Shown: positions 41,260-50,323 of the stretch, one piece after another | Layout of the letters: every line of letters begins with the position of its first letter | How positions within the stretch are numbered: position 1 is the first letter of the stretch | From: Vulcanimicrobiota bacterium | GTDB lineage: Bacteria > Vulcanimicrobiota > Vulcanimicrobiia > Vulcanimicrobiales > Vulcanimicrobiaceae | Length of the DNA: 64,000 nt | Direction of reading: 5' to 3' | Assembly (NCBI GenBank): GCA_963820825.1 | Contig: CAWGBN010000008.1 | Span: forward strand, 64,001-128,000 | The notes under the pieces: model-generated | Seen by the model: the letters and a program-made list of their open reading frames with translations, nothing else | What the model was told of the DNA's origin: nothing | The model's database searches: none | Made by a program: the position numbers and the translations under genes

Positions 41260-41790
41260 TTACGCCTCGATGCGCTCGTCGATCGAGACGTTGTAGAGGA
41301 AGAGGAACTTCCCCCACTCGTCGGGCAGCGTGTTGCGCTTGATCTGGATCCACGGAATGTATTTCGGCTGCCGCGGCTTGCGCAGCAGCGTCATATTCGC
41401 TTCCTGTGGAATCCGATTGTTCTTGCGGTTATTGCAGCGCATGCACGCGCAGGCAAGATTCTCCCAGGTCGACTCGCCGCCCCGGCTCTTCGGCGTGATA
41501 TGATCGACCGTCATCATCCGTTCGCCGCGGGCACCGCAGTACTGGCAGGTATGATCGTCGCGGATCAGCACGTTCTTCTTCGTCAACGCGACCTTCTGCA
41601 TCGGACGGCGAATGTAATAGAGCATCCGGATGATCGAAGGCATGCGCATCGCAAAGGTCGGTGAGGCCAACATCCGCTCGCGGCCGTGCAGCACCTCGGC
41701 CTTGCCGGCAAATATCAGCTTGACCGCCCGCTGAAAGCTGGTAACGTTCAGCGCCTCGTACGTCGAGTTGAGTACGAGCACCTCGCTCAT
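41260..41790 (-). CDS. HNH endonuclease (McrA-like, CxxC zinc sites)
   Basis: VLVLNSTYE, RDDHTCQYCG, TVDHITPKSRGG and WENL..AC..CNNRK motifs. Confidence 0.93.
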   Translation of the reverse strand: MSEVLVLNSTYEALNVTSFQRAVKLIFAGKAEVLHGRERMLASPTFAMRMPSIIRMLYYIRRPMQKVALTKKNVLIRDDHTCQYCGARGERMMTVDHITPKSRGGESTWENLACACMRCNNRKNNRIPQEANMTLLRKPRQPKYIPWIQIKRNTLPDEWGKFLFLYNVSIDERIEA

Positions 41791-41793
41791 ACG

Positions 41794-41920
41794 GCTCGGC
41801 ACTCCGCGCCTCGCCTGGCGCTCCGCACCACTTTCGGCACCTGCTTCGCAGCGCCGAAATCTACGCTGCGCGCCCCCACGCAAACTTCGCGCGTGGGCCC
41901 CCACTGCCAACTTGCCGAGC
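41794..41920 (-). other. Structured intergenic element (candidate RNA leader or MITE/REP-like repeat)
   Basis: 8-bp closing inverted repeat GCTCGGCA/TGCCGAGC enclosing two hairpins (41832-41859 and 41875-41897). Confidence 0.5.
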
Positions 41921-41936
41921 TATTAAAGCGAGGCAT

Positions 41937-42227
41937 TTAGGTGCCTCGCTTTCGAACGAACGTCAACCGCGTTTCGGTTAGCATTTGTGTTATTGCCAAC
42001 CGCTGATCGGGCTGCAGTCGTTCTTTGACGCGTTCGAACGCCGCGGTCGCGACGTCGATCGCGATTTCGGCGGAGAGATGATCGGCCTTTCGGCCCTCTT
42101 CTTCGGTGAGATATGCATGCGCTGCGAGCGCGAGCGTAGCGATCACCTCGCTCAGCAAAGGCTCGACGGGCGGAATCTGCCCTTGAAAACCTCCCTGTAC
42201 GTCAGGGGAGGCGGCCCCGGTGGACAT
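41937..42227 (-). CDS. Hypothetical protein
   Basis: 96-aa helical ORF filling the gap downstream of pdxT. Confidence 0.7.
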   Translation of the reverse strand: MSTGAASPDVQGGFQGQIPPVEPLLSEVIATLALAAHAYLTEEEGRKADHLSAEIAIDVATAAFERVKERLQPDQRLAITQMLTETRLTFVRKRGT

Positions 42228-42239
42228 CTCGAGGCTGAG

Positions 42240-42845
42240 TTACGCCGCTGTCGAGGCCTTTTCTTGCTCGTGGACCATCCCGAGGAAGTAGCGATGGATG
42301 CGCGGGTCGGTGCCGAGTTCGGGATGGAAGGAGGTCGCCAGCACGTTGCGTTCGCGCACCATCACGCCACGGCCGTCGCGCTGCGCGAGCAGCTCGACTC
42401 CGGGACCGCAACGCTCGATCCACGGCGCGCGAATGAAGATCGCGTGGAACGGCGCGCCTCCGAGCACCGGGATCGGAAGCTCGATCTCGGTCGAGTCGTT
42501 CTGTCGCCCGAAGGCGTTGCGCCGAACCGTAATATCGATCAGATTCAAGGTCGGCTGCTCGAGATCGGCGATCTCGCGCGCCGCGGCGATCATTCCCATG
42601 CACGTGCCCCAGAGCGGCATTCCGCGTTGAACGCGCTCGACGATCGGCCGTGCCAAGTGCGCGCGCTCCAAGAGCTTCATCACCGTCGTCGACTCGCCGC
42701 CCGGAATCACGAGCGCTTCGACGCCGTTGAGATCCGAGAGGCTCTTTACCGAAACGGCACGTGCGCCGGCGCGCTCGAGCGCCGCGATATGCTCGGCGAC
42801 GTCGCCTTGAAGGGCGAGGACCCCTATCGTCCTGTTAGTTTCCAC
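42240..42845 (-). CDS. pdxT: PLP synthase glutaminase subunit
   Basis: [24 protein letters not shown] and FHPE motifs. Confidence 0.95.
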   Translation of the reverse strand: METNRTIGVLALQGDVAEHIAALERAGARAVSVKSLSDLNGVEALVIPGGESTTVMKLLERAHLARPIVERVQRGMPLWGTCMGMIAAAREIADLEQPTLNLIDITVRRNAFGRQNDSTEIELPIPVLGGAPFHAIFIRAPWIERCGPGVELLAQRDGRGVMVRERNVLATSFHPELGTDPRIHRYFLGMVHEQEKASTAA

Positions 42846-43731
42846 GCGGGGCGAGAAGCTGCGTCTCATCGAGCGCGCGGATATCGAGACCCGGCATCGC
42901 TTCGGAGATGCCGAGCGACCGGCATGCTTCCAAGACGACGCTCGGTTCGTTGTAGTGCGTGGTGGCATCGACGATCGCCCGGGCGAAGCGCTTCGGATCC
43001 TTCGATTTGAAGATGCCGCTGCCCACGAAGATACCCTCGGCGCCGAGCTGCATCATGAGCGCCGCATCGGCCGGCGTCGCAACCCCGCCCGCGCAGAAGA
43101 GCACGACCGGCAATCGTCCATTCGCAGCGACCTCGGCGACCGACTCGAGGGGAGCACCGAGATCCCGCGCCCTCGCGACGAGCTCTTCTTTCGGTGCGAC
43201 CGTCAGCTCGCGAACCACGTCGCCGATCGCGCGCATGTGTCGAACGGCCTCGACGATGTTCCCGCTTCCGGCCTCGCCCTTGCTGCGAATCATCGCCGCG
43301 CCTTCGGCGATTCGCCGCAGCGCCTCGCCCAAATCGCGCGCACCGCAGACGAAGGGCGTAGTGAAGGCACGCTTGTCGACGTGATACTTGTCATCGGCCG
43401 GCGTCAGCACTTCCGATTCGTCGATATAGTCGACGCCGAGCTCCTGCAAGACTTGGGCCTCGGCAAAATGTCCGATGCGCACCTTGGCCATCACCGGAAT
43501 CGTCACGGCATCCATGATGCCGCGAATCAAATCGATCGCGCTCATCCGGGCCACGCCGCCGGCCGCGCGAATATCGGCCGGAATTCGCTCGAGCGCCATC
43601 ACGGCGACCGCGCCCGCCTCTTGCGCGATGGCGGCGTGCTCGGGCGTCACGACGTCCATGATGACGCCGCCCTTGAGCATCTGTGCGAGCCCGCGCTTGA
43701 CCGTTACCGTCCCCGTTCTCGTGCTTTCCAT
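42835..43731 (-). CDS. pdxS: PLP synthase lyase subunit
   Basis: [16 protein letters not shown] and [16 protein letters not shown] motifs. Confidence 0.97.
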   Translation of the reverse strand: MESTRTGTVTVKRGLAQMLKGGVIMDVVTPEHAAIAQEAGAVAVMALERIPADIRAAGGVARMSAIDLIRGIMDAVTIPVMAKVRIGHFAEAQVLQELGVDYIDESEVLTPADDKYHVDKRAFTTPFVCGARDLGEALRRIAEGAAMIRSKGEAGSGNIVEAVRHMRAIGDVVRELTVAPKEELVARARDLGAPLESVAEVAANGRLPVVLFCAGGVATPADAALMMQLGAEGIFVGSGIFKSKDPKRFARAIVDATTHYNEPSVVLEACRSLGISEAMPGLDIRALDETQLLAPRGN

Positions 43732-43737
43732 GTTCCT

Positions 43738-43770
43738 ATCATAACAGCCGATCCCAATGAGAACATTGGG
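43738..43770 (-). promoter_or_regulatory. Putative pdxS promoter: extended -10 plus palindromic operator
   Basis: Minus-strand TG-T-TATGAT ends 6 nt before the ATG; CCCAATG-N4-CATTGGG at 43753-43770. Confidence 0.5.
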
Positions 43771-43778
43771 TACGCCGG

Positions 43779-44240
43779 TTACGGGGGCGCTTCGCTTTGG
43801 GCCGGGCTCGGCCCGCCGCTGGGCTCCGCCGGCGCGGCCGAGCCCTCGGCCGACGGGGGGGCCGAGGGCGCGAAGGTGGGCAGCGGCCGCTGCCTCCAGA
43901 TCGGGATATTGGGGTTCGGCGTCGGCGTCGGGACCGGCGTCGGCCTCGGCTTGGGCGTTGGTGCGAGCGTCGGCAACGGCTGGGGCGGGACACGCGGATC
44001 GGGGAAGTGCGGGTCGCCCGCCGCCGAGAGCGCCTGCGAACGCTTCCAGTCGGGGCCGTAGGGCTGCGGGCTTCCGTTCGGCGCCGGCGTCACCGCCTGG
44101 GGCAGTACCGACTGCAGTGATTGTTCGTTCGCTTGGCCGATCACGCGGTTGCCCATGCGCTCGCCGACCGCGACCGCGACGAGCAAGACCACCGCGCCGG
44201 CCGCAAGCACGATCGTGGGAAACCGGTTGGGAGATTGCAT
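43779..44240 (-). CDS. Proline-rich membrane-anchored hypothetical protein
   Basis: N-terminal transmembrane segment; PT/PN repeats. Confidence 0.7.
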   Translation of the reverse strand: MQSPNRFPTIVLAAGAVVLLVAVAVGERMGNRVIGQANEQSLQSVLPQAVTPAPNGSPQPYGPDWKRSQALSAAGDPHFPDPRVPPQPLPTLAPTPKPRPTPVPTPTPNPNIPIWRQRPLPTFAPSAPPSAEGSAAPAEPSGGPSPAQSEAPP

Positions 44241-44243
44241 CGC

Positions 44244-46689
44244 CTAAACGCGCGCCAACGGACGCACGACGTCGAGTTTTGCCGCGCGCGCGCGCTGATC
44301 GCTCGGCTTGCCGATCAGATGCACCTCACGCAACTCACCGGCAGCCATATCCACGCGCGCGGTGTGCCCCCGAAATTCGAGCAGAACGTTGCGCGCGCAA
44401 TCGAGCTGGTTGAGGACGAAGATGCGCACGGCGCCGGCTTCGTCCTCAAAGGCGATCGCACCGACCTCGACCGGCGACGTTGCGACCTCGTCGCTCACGT
44501 CGCGCCCCGCATGAATGCACGCAAAGGGTTCTTCGGCTGAAAGCTCGGGCATATCGCCGTAGATCGTGTCGCTTCGCAGGTCGATGACGTACGTGCAGCG
44601 GCGTCCTCCCCAGTGGACCCTCGCCGCCGCGATCCACTGCCAGCCTTTTGGCCGAAGCGGCGCGAGATGCGGGCGGCCGCTCGTGCGATAACCGTTGAGC
44701 CCGCCGACCGTCTCGGCGACCGCCCAGAGGTATTTCGCACCGGTCCACGGCGAGAGATACATTCCGCGATTGCTTAGCGATCCGCCGTCGAACCATTCGG
44801 CAAACTCACCCGGCACCGTATTGCGCGGACTTCCTCCCTCCATTGCCGCGTATGAAATCTGCAGAAGGTTCACGGCTTCGTCGGTCATTCCGTTGCGCGC
44901 GAGCGCGACCGAACACCAAATCGTGAGGTCGGGCCAGATGCCGCCGAGCAATCCGAACCCATACGACGGGAAGTACCACGCGTCGGCGGTCGAGATCGTC
45001 CGAAGCCCGACCGGGGTGATGAAGTCGGCTTCCAAGAGACGGGCGAGGATCGCGCGGCATTGCGCCGGATCGGCGATGCCGAAGAGCACCGGAAAGATTT
45101 CGTCGGCCGTGAAGTTATCTTGGTAGTTGCGATCTTGGTCGTAGTTCAGGACGAACGCGCCGGTGTCGTCGTTGTAGAGAAAATCCATCATCGCCGCGCG
45201 CATCCGCTGCGCCTCGCCGCTATACCGCTCCCAGTGGTCGTTCTTGCCGACGACGGCACATAGCATCGCCGCAGACTCCAGCGCGTAGACCGCCTCGGCG
45301 TTGATCTCGGTGACCGCACCGTCGAGCGTGTAGTAGGGAATGATGTTCCGCCACGACGAGATCCCGTACATGTCGACGCCCTTGGCGCGGCAGTTGATCA
45401 GCCCGTGTTCGTCGCGCTGGGTCAGCATATAGTCGGTGAGCTTGACGACCAGGCCGATTCGGTCGCGCACCCACGCATCGTCGAGGGTCGCATTGTAATG
45501 GTGCAGCATCGCGATGAGATGCAGCGGCGTGTCGTCGTTGATGTTGAGATCGTAGTCGGTCTTGTAACCGCTGACGCCGCGCACGTATTCGATCATCAGA
45601 CCGCTCTCCTCGACGGCGCCGTTGAAGACTTCCAGCGCGTCGCGGCTGAACTCCGGCCAAAAATAATCGAATCCGTGAACGAGCCACGAAGTGTCGCGTG
45701 AGACGAGAATATCCGAAGGCGGCGAGTTGGTCGCACCCCAGCCGTGCGGATACTCCTTGACGATGCGCAGCATATTCGCTTTCGCCCAAGCGACGCCGCG
45801 GCTGATCTCCGGCGACGGCACCATAAAGCGCGCGTCCGCGAGACGTTCGGTGAAATACCCTTGCGTATGATGGAGCGCCCGCCGGTCGCGCAAGAGTGCC
45901 TCCAGCACCGGCCGGCTCCGCTCGGTCCCATCCTTGTGGTAGACGACGGCGAGACGAAGCGACTCGCGCGCGCCCGCGGCGACCTTGATCCGATACTCGA
46001 AGGCTCCAAAGATGCGCCGGCTGACGAGTTCGGCCTGCTGCGGCGTTACGTCGTCGAGCGTCTGCGGCGACTGCTCCTTCGCGAGGGTGCCCCGGCGCAT
46101 CGACTTGAGTAGAACTTGTTCGCGCAGCGAGAGTTCGACGGCGAGCGGATCCCGCGAGCCGCCCCACCAGCGCTCGCCGCCGGTCTCGAGATTCCTCGAG
46201 CAGATGAAGCGACCGTCGTTCCACGCGCGAACCTCGTGTTCGGGCTCGCCGTAGAAACGCTGCCCGACCAGCATCGCCCAGGGAAAGACGGCCACTTCGA
46301 CCTCTTCCGCGCCGGGATTGTAGAGCGTTACGTCAACGACGAACGAGACCGCGCGGTCGAAGCCCGACCCGAACGGTACGAAGAAGGCTTCGGTAACGTG
46401 AATGCGGTTATCGAGGGTGAACTCGGAAATCTGAGCGTAAGGCAGAAAGGTGAGTTCGCGCTCGATTTGGTGCGGGAACGAGGTGTGGTCGCCGATCCGA
46501 TATGCAATGTGGTGCGTGCCGAAGATGATTTGATCGGTATCGGCGTCCCAAAGCCCGCGCACGCCGCCTTTGGCGGTCGATTGCGCGTACGTCTTGAAGT
46601 TCCCGAGGAGCAGCCCGTATGGCGTTTGGGATTCGTGCAAGACGTAAGCGCAGAATTCGTTTCGTTGCGCGTCGTAACTCGAAACCCAT
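44244..46689 (-). CDS. Six-hairpin glycoside hydrolase (amylo-alpha-1,6-glucosidase / trehalase-like); start uncertain
   Basis: SRDTSW, DDTPL, VTEINA, GLRT and GGIWP motifs; nearest ATG (46689) is one base out of frame. Confidence 0.75.
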
Positions 46690-46767
46690 TCGATAATGGT
46701 TCCTCGGCAGGTATGCGGCACGGAGCGCAAAGGCGCCTCCTCGCGCCACGGCAAACGGAAGCTCGGC

Positions 46768-47631
46768 ATGCTGACCCTGCTGGCCCCGGCGAAGATTAAC
46801 CTCACCCTCGAGGTGCTCGCCCGCCGCGACGATGGATACCACGCGATTCGCAGCGTCATGGTGCCGCTCGAATTAGCCGACGAACTGACGATCGCGCCGA
46901 GCCCCGCGTTCGTTTTTATTTGCGATCGCGCCGAGCTCGGAGACGAGCGCAATCTCGCGGCCGCTGCATTTCGCTGCCTCGGCGACGTCGCGCCGGCGCG
47001 AATCGAGCTGCGCAAGCGAATTCCGGTGCAGGCCGGATTGGGCGGCGGGTCGAGCGACGCAGCGGCGGTGCTTCGCGCGGCGATGGACGGTGCATTCGGT
47101 CCGGTGCCCGATCGCGATTGGCTTCGTCTCGCTCGCGCGTTGGGTTCGGACGTCCCGTTCTTTCTCAGCGGAACCGCGGCCCTCGTCGAAGGAACCGGCG
47201 AACGCGTTACTCCCGCAGGCGCGATTCCGCGCTGGCACGCGGCAATCGTCAAGCCGCCGGTCGCCGTTTCGACCGCGGCGGCCTACGCGCAGCTCGATCG
47301 CGTGGAACGGCCGCAGCGGCCGCGCAAGAACTCCGATTCGATCGCAATGGTCGAGGCGCTGCAACGCGCCGACTTCGCACGGGTCGAGTCGCTGATGTCT
47401 AACGATTTCCAGGAACCGATTGCATCCGCCGCACCCGAGATTGCGACGGCAATTGCCGCACTGCGCGCGGCGGGCGCGACGAAGCCGTTGCTCGCGGGCT
47501 CGGGGTCGTGCGTCTTCGCGCTCGCTCCCGAAGGCGCACCGGTGGAGCGAATCCTCGAGCGACTCGACCTTCCGCCGCCCTACGAGCGGTTAGCGACCGC
47601 GTTTGCAACGACGCCGCAATGGCACAGATAG
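46768..47631 (+). CDS. ispE: 4-diphosphocytidyl-2-C-methyl-D-erythritol kinase
   Basis: APAKINLTL, KRIPVQAGLGGGSSDAA, LGSDVPFF and GSGS motifs. Confidence 0.96.
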   Translation: MLTLLAPAKINLTLEVLARRDDGYHAIRSVMVPLELADELTIAPSPAFVFICDRAELGDERNLAAAAFRCLGDVAPARIELRKRIPVQAGLGGGSSDAAAVLRAAMDGAFGPVPDRDWLRLARALGSDVPFFLSGTAALVEGTGERVTPAGAIPRWHAAIVKPPVAVSTAAAYAQLDRVERPQRPRKNSDSIAMVEALQRADFARVESLMSNDFQEPIASAAPEIATAIAALRAAGATKPLLAGSGSCVFALAPEGAPVERILERLDLPPPYERLATAFATTPQWHR

Positions 47632-48393
47632 ACGCCGTCGTGCTTGCCGGGGGGCCGCGTCGACGACGTCGCGCGCCTCCAGCCCGGCGCCCCGAATAAG
47701 GCCTTCGTCGAGATTGGAAGCGCGACGCTCGTCGGACGCGTCATCGCGGCCTTGCGCGGCGCGGCGAGCGTACGGCGGATCGTCGCGGTCGCGCCGCCGA
47801 GTATGAACGGCCATCCCGATCTCGCCCGCGCCGACGAGCTGCGCCCCGACGGCGTGCGAATTACCGAGAGTCTTCGAAATGGACTGGCGGGTTTCGATGC
47901 CGGTGCCGACGTGCTGGTCGTCGCATCCGATCTGCCGGTGCTCACTGCGCCGGCGGTCGACGATTTCTTCGCACGCTTGAGTTCGCTCGGGGCCGACGTC
48001 GTCTACGGATGCGTCGAGAAGCAAACGCATCTTCGCAGTTTTCCCGGCGTGCCGCATACCTGGGCCCGAATGCGGGACGGAACGTACTGCGGAGGAGGTA
48101 TCGTCGCGCTCAAGCCGCGCGCGCTCCCGCTGCTCGAACGTTTCATCGAACGGCTCGGTGCCGCGCGCAAGCATCCATTCAGGCTCGCTTCGTTCTTCGG
48201 TTGGGATATGCTGGCGCGATTTGCGCTCGGCCGGCTGACCGTTGCGTCGGCGGAGGAGCGTGCCTCACGGATCCTCGGCGCGCCGGTCCGCGCGCTCGTC
48301 TCGCCGTATCCGGAGACGGCCGTCAACGTCGACCGCGTCACCGACGTCGAACTGGCACGGCGGCTCGTCGACGGGAGCGGATGTAAAAGTTAA
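47619..48393 (+). CDS. MobA-like nucleotidyltransferase with one apparent +1 frameshift near 47650-47658
   Basis: MAQIDAVVLAGG in one frame; NKAFVEI, ASDLP and VNVDRVTD in the next. Confidence 0.8.
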
Positions 48394-48956
48394 GGAGAGC
48401 GCCAGCGTTTGAATAGCTCGTTGGCGATGCCGAACTGATCGAGCGCCTTTCCGACGGTGTGCGCGATGATGTCGTCGACGCTCTGCGGATTGGCGTACAT
48501 CGCGGGCATCGGCGGCAGGATGACCGCGCCGATCTCGGCGAGCTGCGCGAGCGTGCGCAGGTGGCCGAGATGCAGCGGCGTTTCGCGGACGATCAGCACG
48601 AGGCGGCGCCTCTCTTTCAAGCAGACGTCGGCGGCGCGAACGAGCAGATTCGCAGTTGATCGAGTAGGCGATCGCGCTCGCGCTCTTCATCGAGCACGGG
48701 ATCACGAGCATTCCGTCGGTGAGAAAAGAGCCGCTCGAAATCGCGGCCGCGAGATCGTCGTCGCGGATGCACGACGTCGGCCAGCGCCTCGAAGTCGTCG
48801 GCCGCCATATCCGTTTCGAGCTCGATCGTACGGCGCGCGGCGTCGGTGAGGACGAGATGCGTCTCGATCGCCGCCGATCGAGCGCAGCGCTTGCAACGCC
48901 ATGTAGCCGTACGCGCTTCCGCTCGCTCCGCTGATGCCGACGATGATCCGGCGCAT
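48390..48956 (-). pseudogene. ubiX: Flavin prenyltransferase UbiX with several frameshifts (probably sequence errors)
   Basis: IVGISGASG, MLVIPCSMK and LKERRRLVLIVRETP fall in different frames. Confidence 0.85.
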
Positions 48957-48994
48957 CCGACGACCGTTACACACGCGTGCAGGGGCGCCTGGCG

Positions 48995-49011
48995 GAGTCT
49001 TTAACAGACTC
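48995..49011. promoter_or_regulatory. Palindrome in the divergent ubiX/nuclease promoter gap
   Basis: GAGTCT-TTAAC-AGACTC. Confidence 0.35.
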
Positions 49012-49017
49012 TTGGTA

Positions 49018-50323
49018 GTGCTCGCGGACTCCTCGCGATTTTCGAGCCTTCGTCGACGATGCGCGTGCGCTGGTACCGCAGCGGGGATCGGAGGCGTCAC
49101 CTCCTCGCGACTGGTCCGTTCGCCGCATGTCGGACGTCCCGCACGACGTCGGTGCCGCCTACGCGACGCTCGCCGCGCGCACCGGAGCTCGCTCTTGGAC
49201 GCAATCGACGCCCAGCGTCTCGGGTTGCCCGCCGGCGGACCGCGACGCGATGCTTCGATTCGTCCTTTGCGCGCGCCGCGTGCGGCGCAATTTCGCGATC
49301 GCGAGCTACGAGAGGACGGACGCTGACGGCGACGCGATCGTCGCGACGTTCGAGATTGTCGACGCGCTCCTGCGAGTCGGCGCCGAATACGCGCCGTCGG
49401 AGGACGGCCGCGCGAGTCGCCGGAGTTCGCGCTTGCCGAAGCCGGTACCGCGCGGAGAGCCCGCGCCGGCGTCGGGCGCGCGCCAAAACCACTTTAGCGC
49501 GTCATCCCTCAACGCGTATGCCGAGTGCGCGCGAAAGTGGTTTTACCGGTACGCATGCGCGGCGATCGAAGACCGCGGCTCCGTCGGCGTCCGCGTACGG
49601 AACCGCCTTCCACCTCGCGCTCGAGGACTTTCACGGCGAGTTTCCGCGGCCGACGCGCGCTCGACGAATCAGGCGATGCGGCGGCGCGTTCGCCGAGTGC
49701 GTCACCTGGGCGTTCGAGCGCAATCGCGACGGCTTCGATACGCCGGTGGAGTTCGAGCTCCAAGCGCGGCGCGCGCAGCGCACCGCGCAGCGTTACGTCG
49801 ATTGGCTGCTCGCTGCAGGAACGAGAGGCGCCGTTCGAAGTAGTCGGACGCGAAGTCGCCGTCGAGCTCGATCTGGGAGGGTATCGCGTTCGTCGGATAC
49901 ATCGATCGCCTCGATCGCGACGAGCGCTCGGGCGGGATCGGCGTCGTCGACTACAAGACCGGCAGCATCGCACCAGCGCCGCCGAGTATCGCGGAGAAGG
50001 TTCGGCGCTTCGCGACTTTCAGCTTCCGTTCTACTACTGGGCGCGAACGGCCGCGGGCGATCGCGTGACCCGGCTGGTCGTTGATTCCGCTCAAGGATGC
50101 GCTGCTCGACGTGCGGCCGATCGTGGTCGAGGTCGGAAAGACCGTCGGGATCGACGACCTCACGCGATCGCGCAAACGGATGATCGAGCTCAGCGACGAG
50201 CTTTCGTCGGGTCGAACCTCGCACTTCGCCTCGACCGCGGACCCGGCGCCCTGCACGTACTGCGCCTACGCGACCGCCTGTACGTCGAGACCGCCTGCCG
50301 ACGGCCGGCGTTTCGGCAGTTGA
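49018..50323 (+). pseudogene. PD-(D/E)XK (RecB/AddB-type) nuclease with four-Cys Fe-S motif and multiple frameshifts (probably errors)
   Basis: FSASSLNAYAECARKWFY, YGTAFHLALE, GYIDRLD, VVDYKTG, FQLPFY and CTYCAYATAC spread across frames. Confidence 0.8.

Noticed and set aside
41260..41790. IscB/IsrB or homing element
   Set aside because: Too short; no PLMP or RuvC motifs; no intron context or transposon ends evident.
43905..43960. GGCGTC-like tandem repeats
   Set aside because: They encode the Pro-Thr linker of the Pro-rich protein and are not an array.
44244..47252. 1002-aa length for the glycosidase
   Set aside because: The first ~160 codons are antisense to ispE.
49018..50323. Cas4 / CRISPR adaptation gene
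   Set aside because: The four-Cys PD-(D/E)XK pattern is shared with AddB-type nucleases, and no cas genes or repeat-spacer array are in the window.
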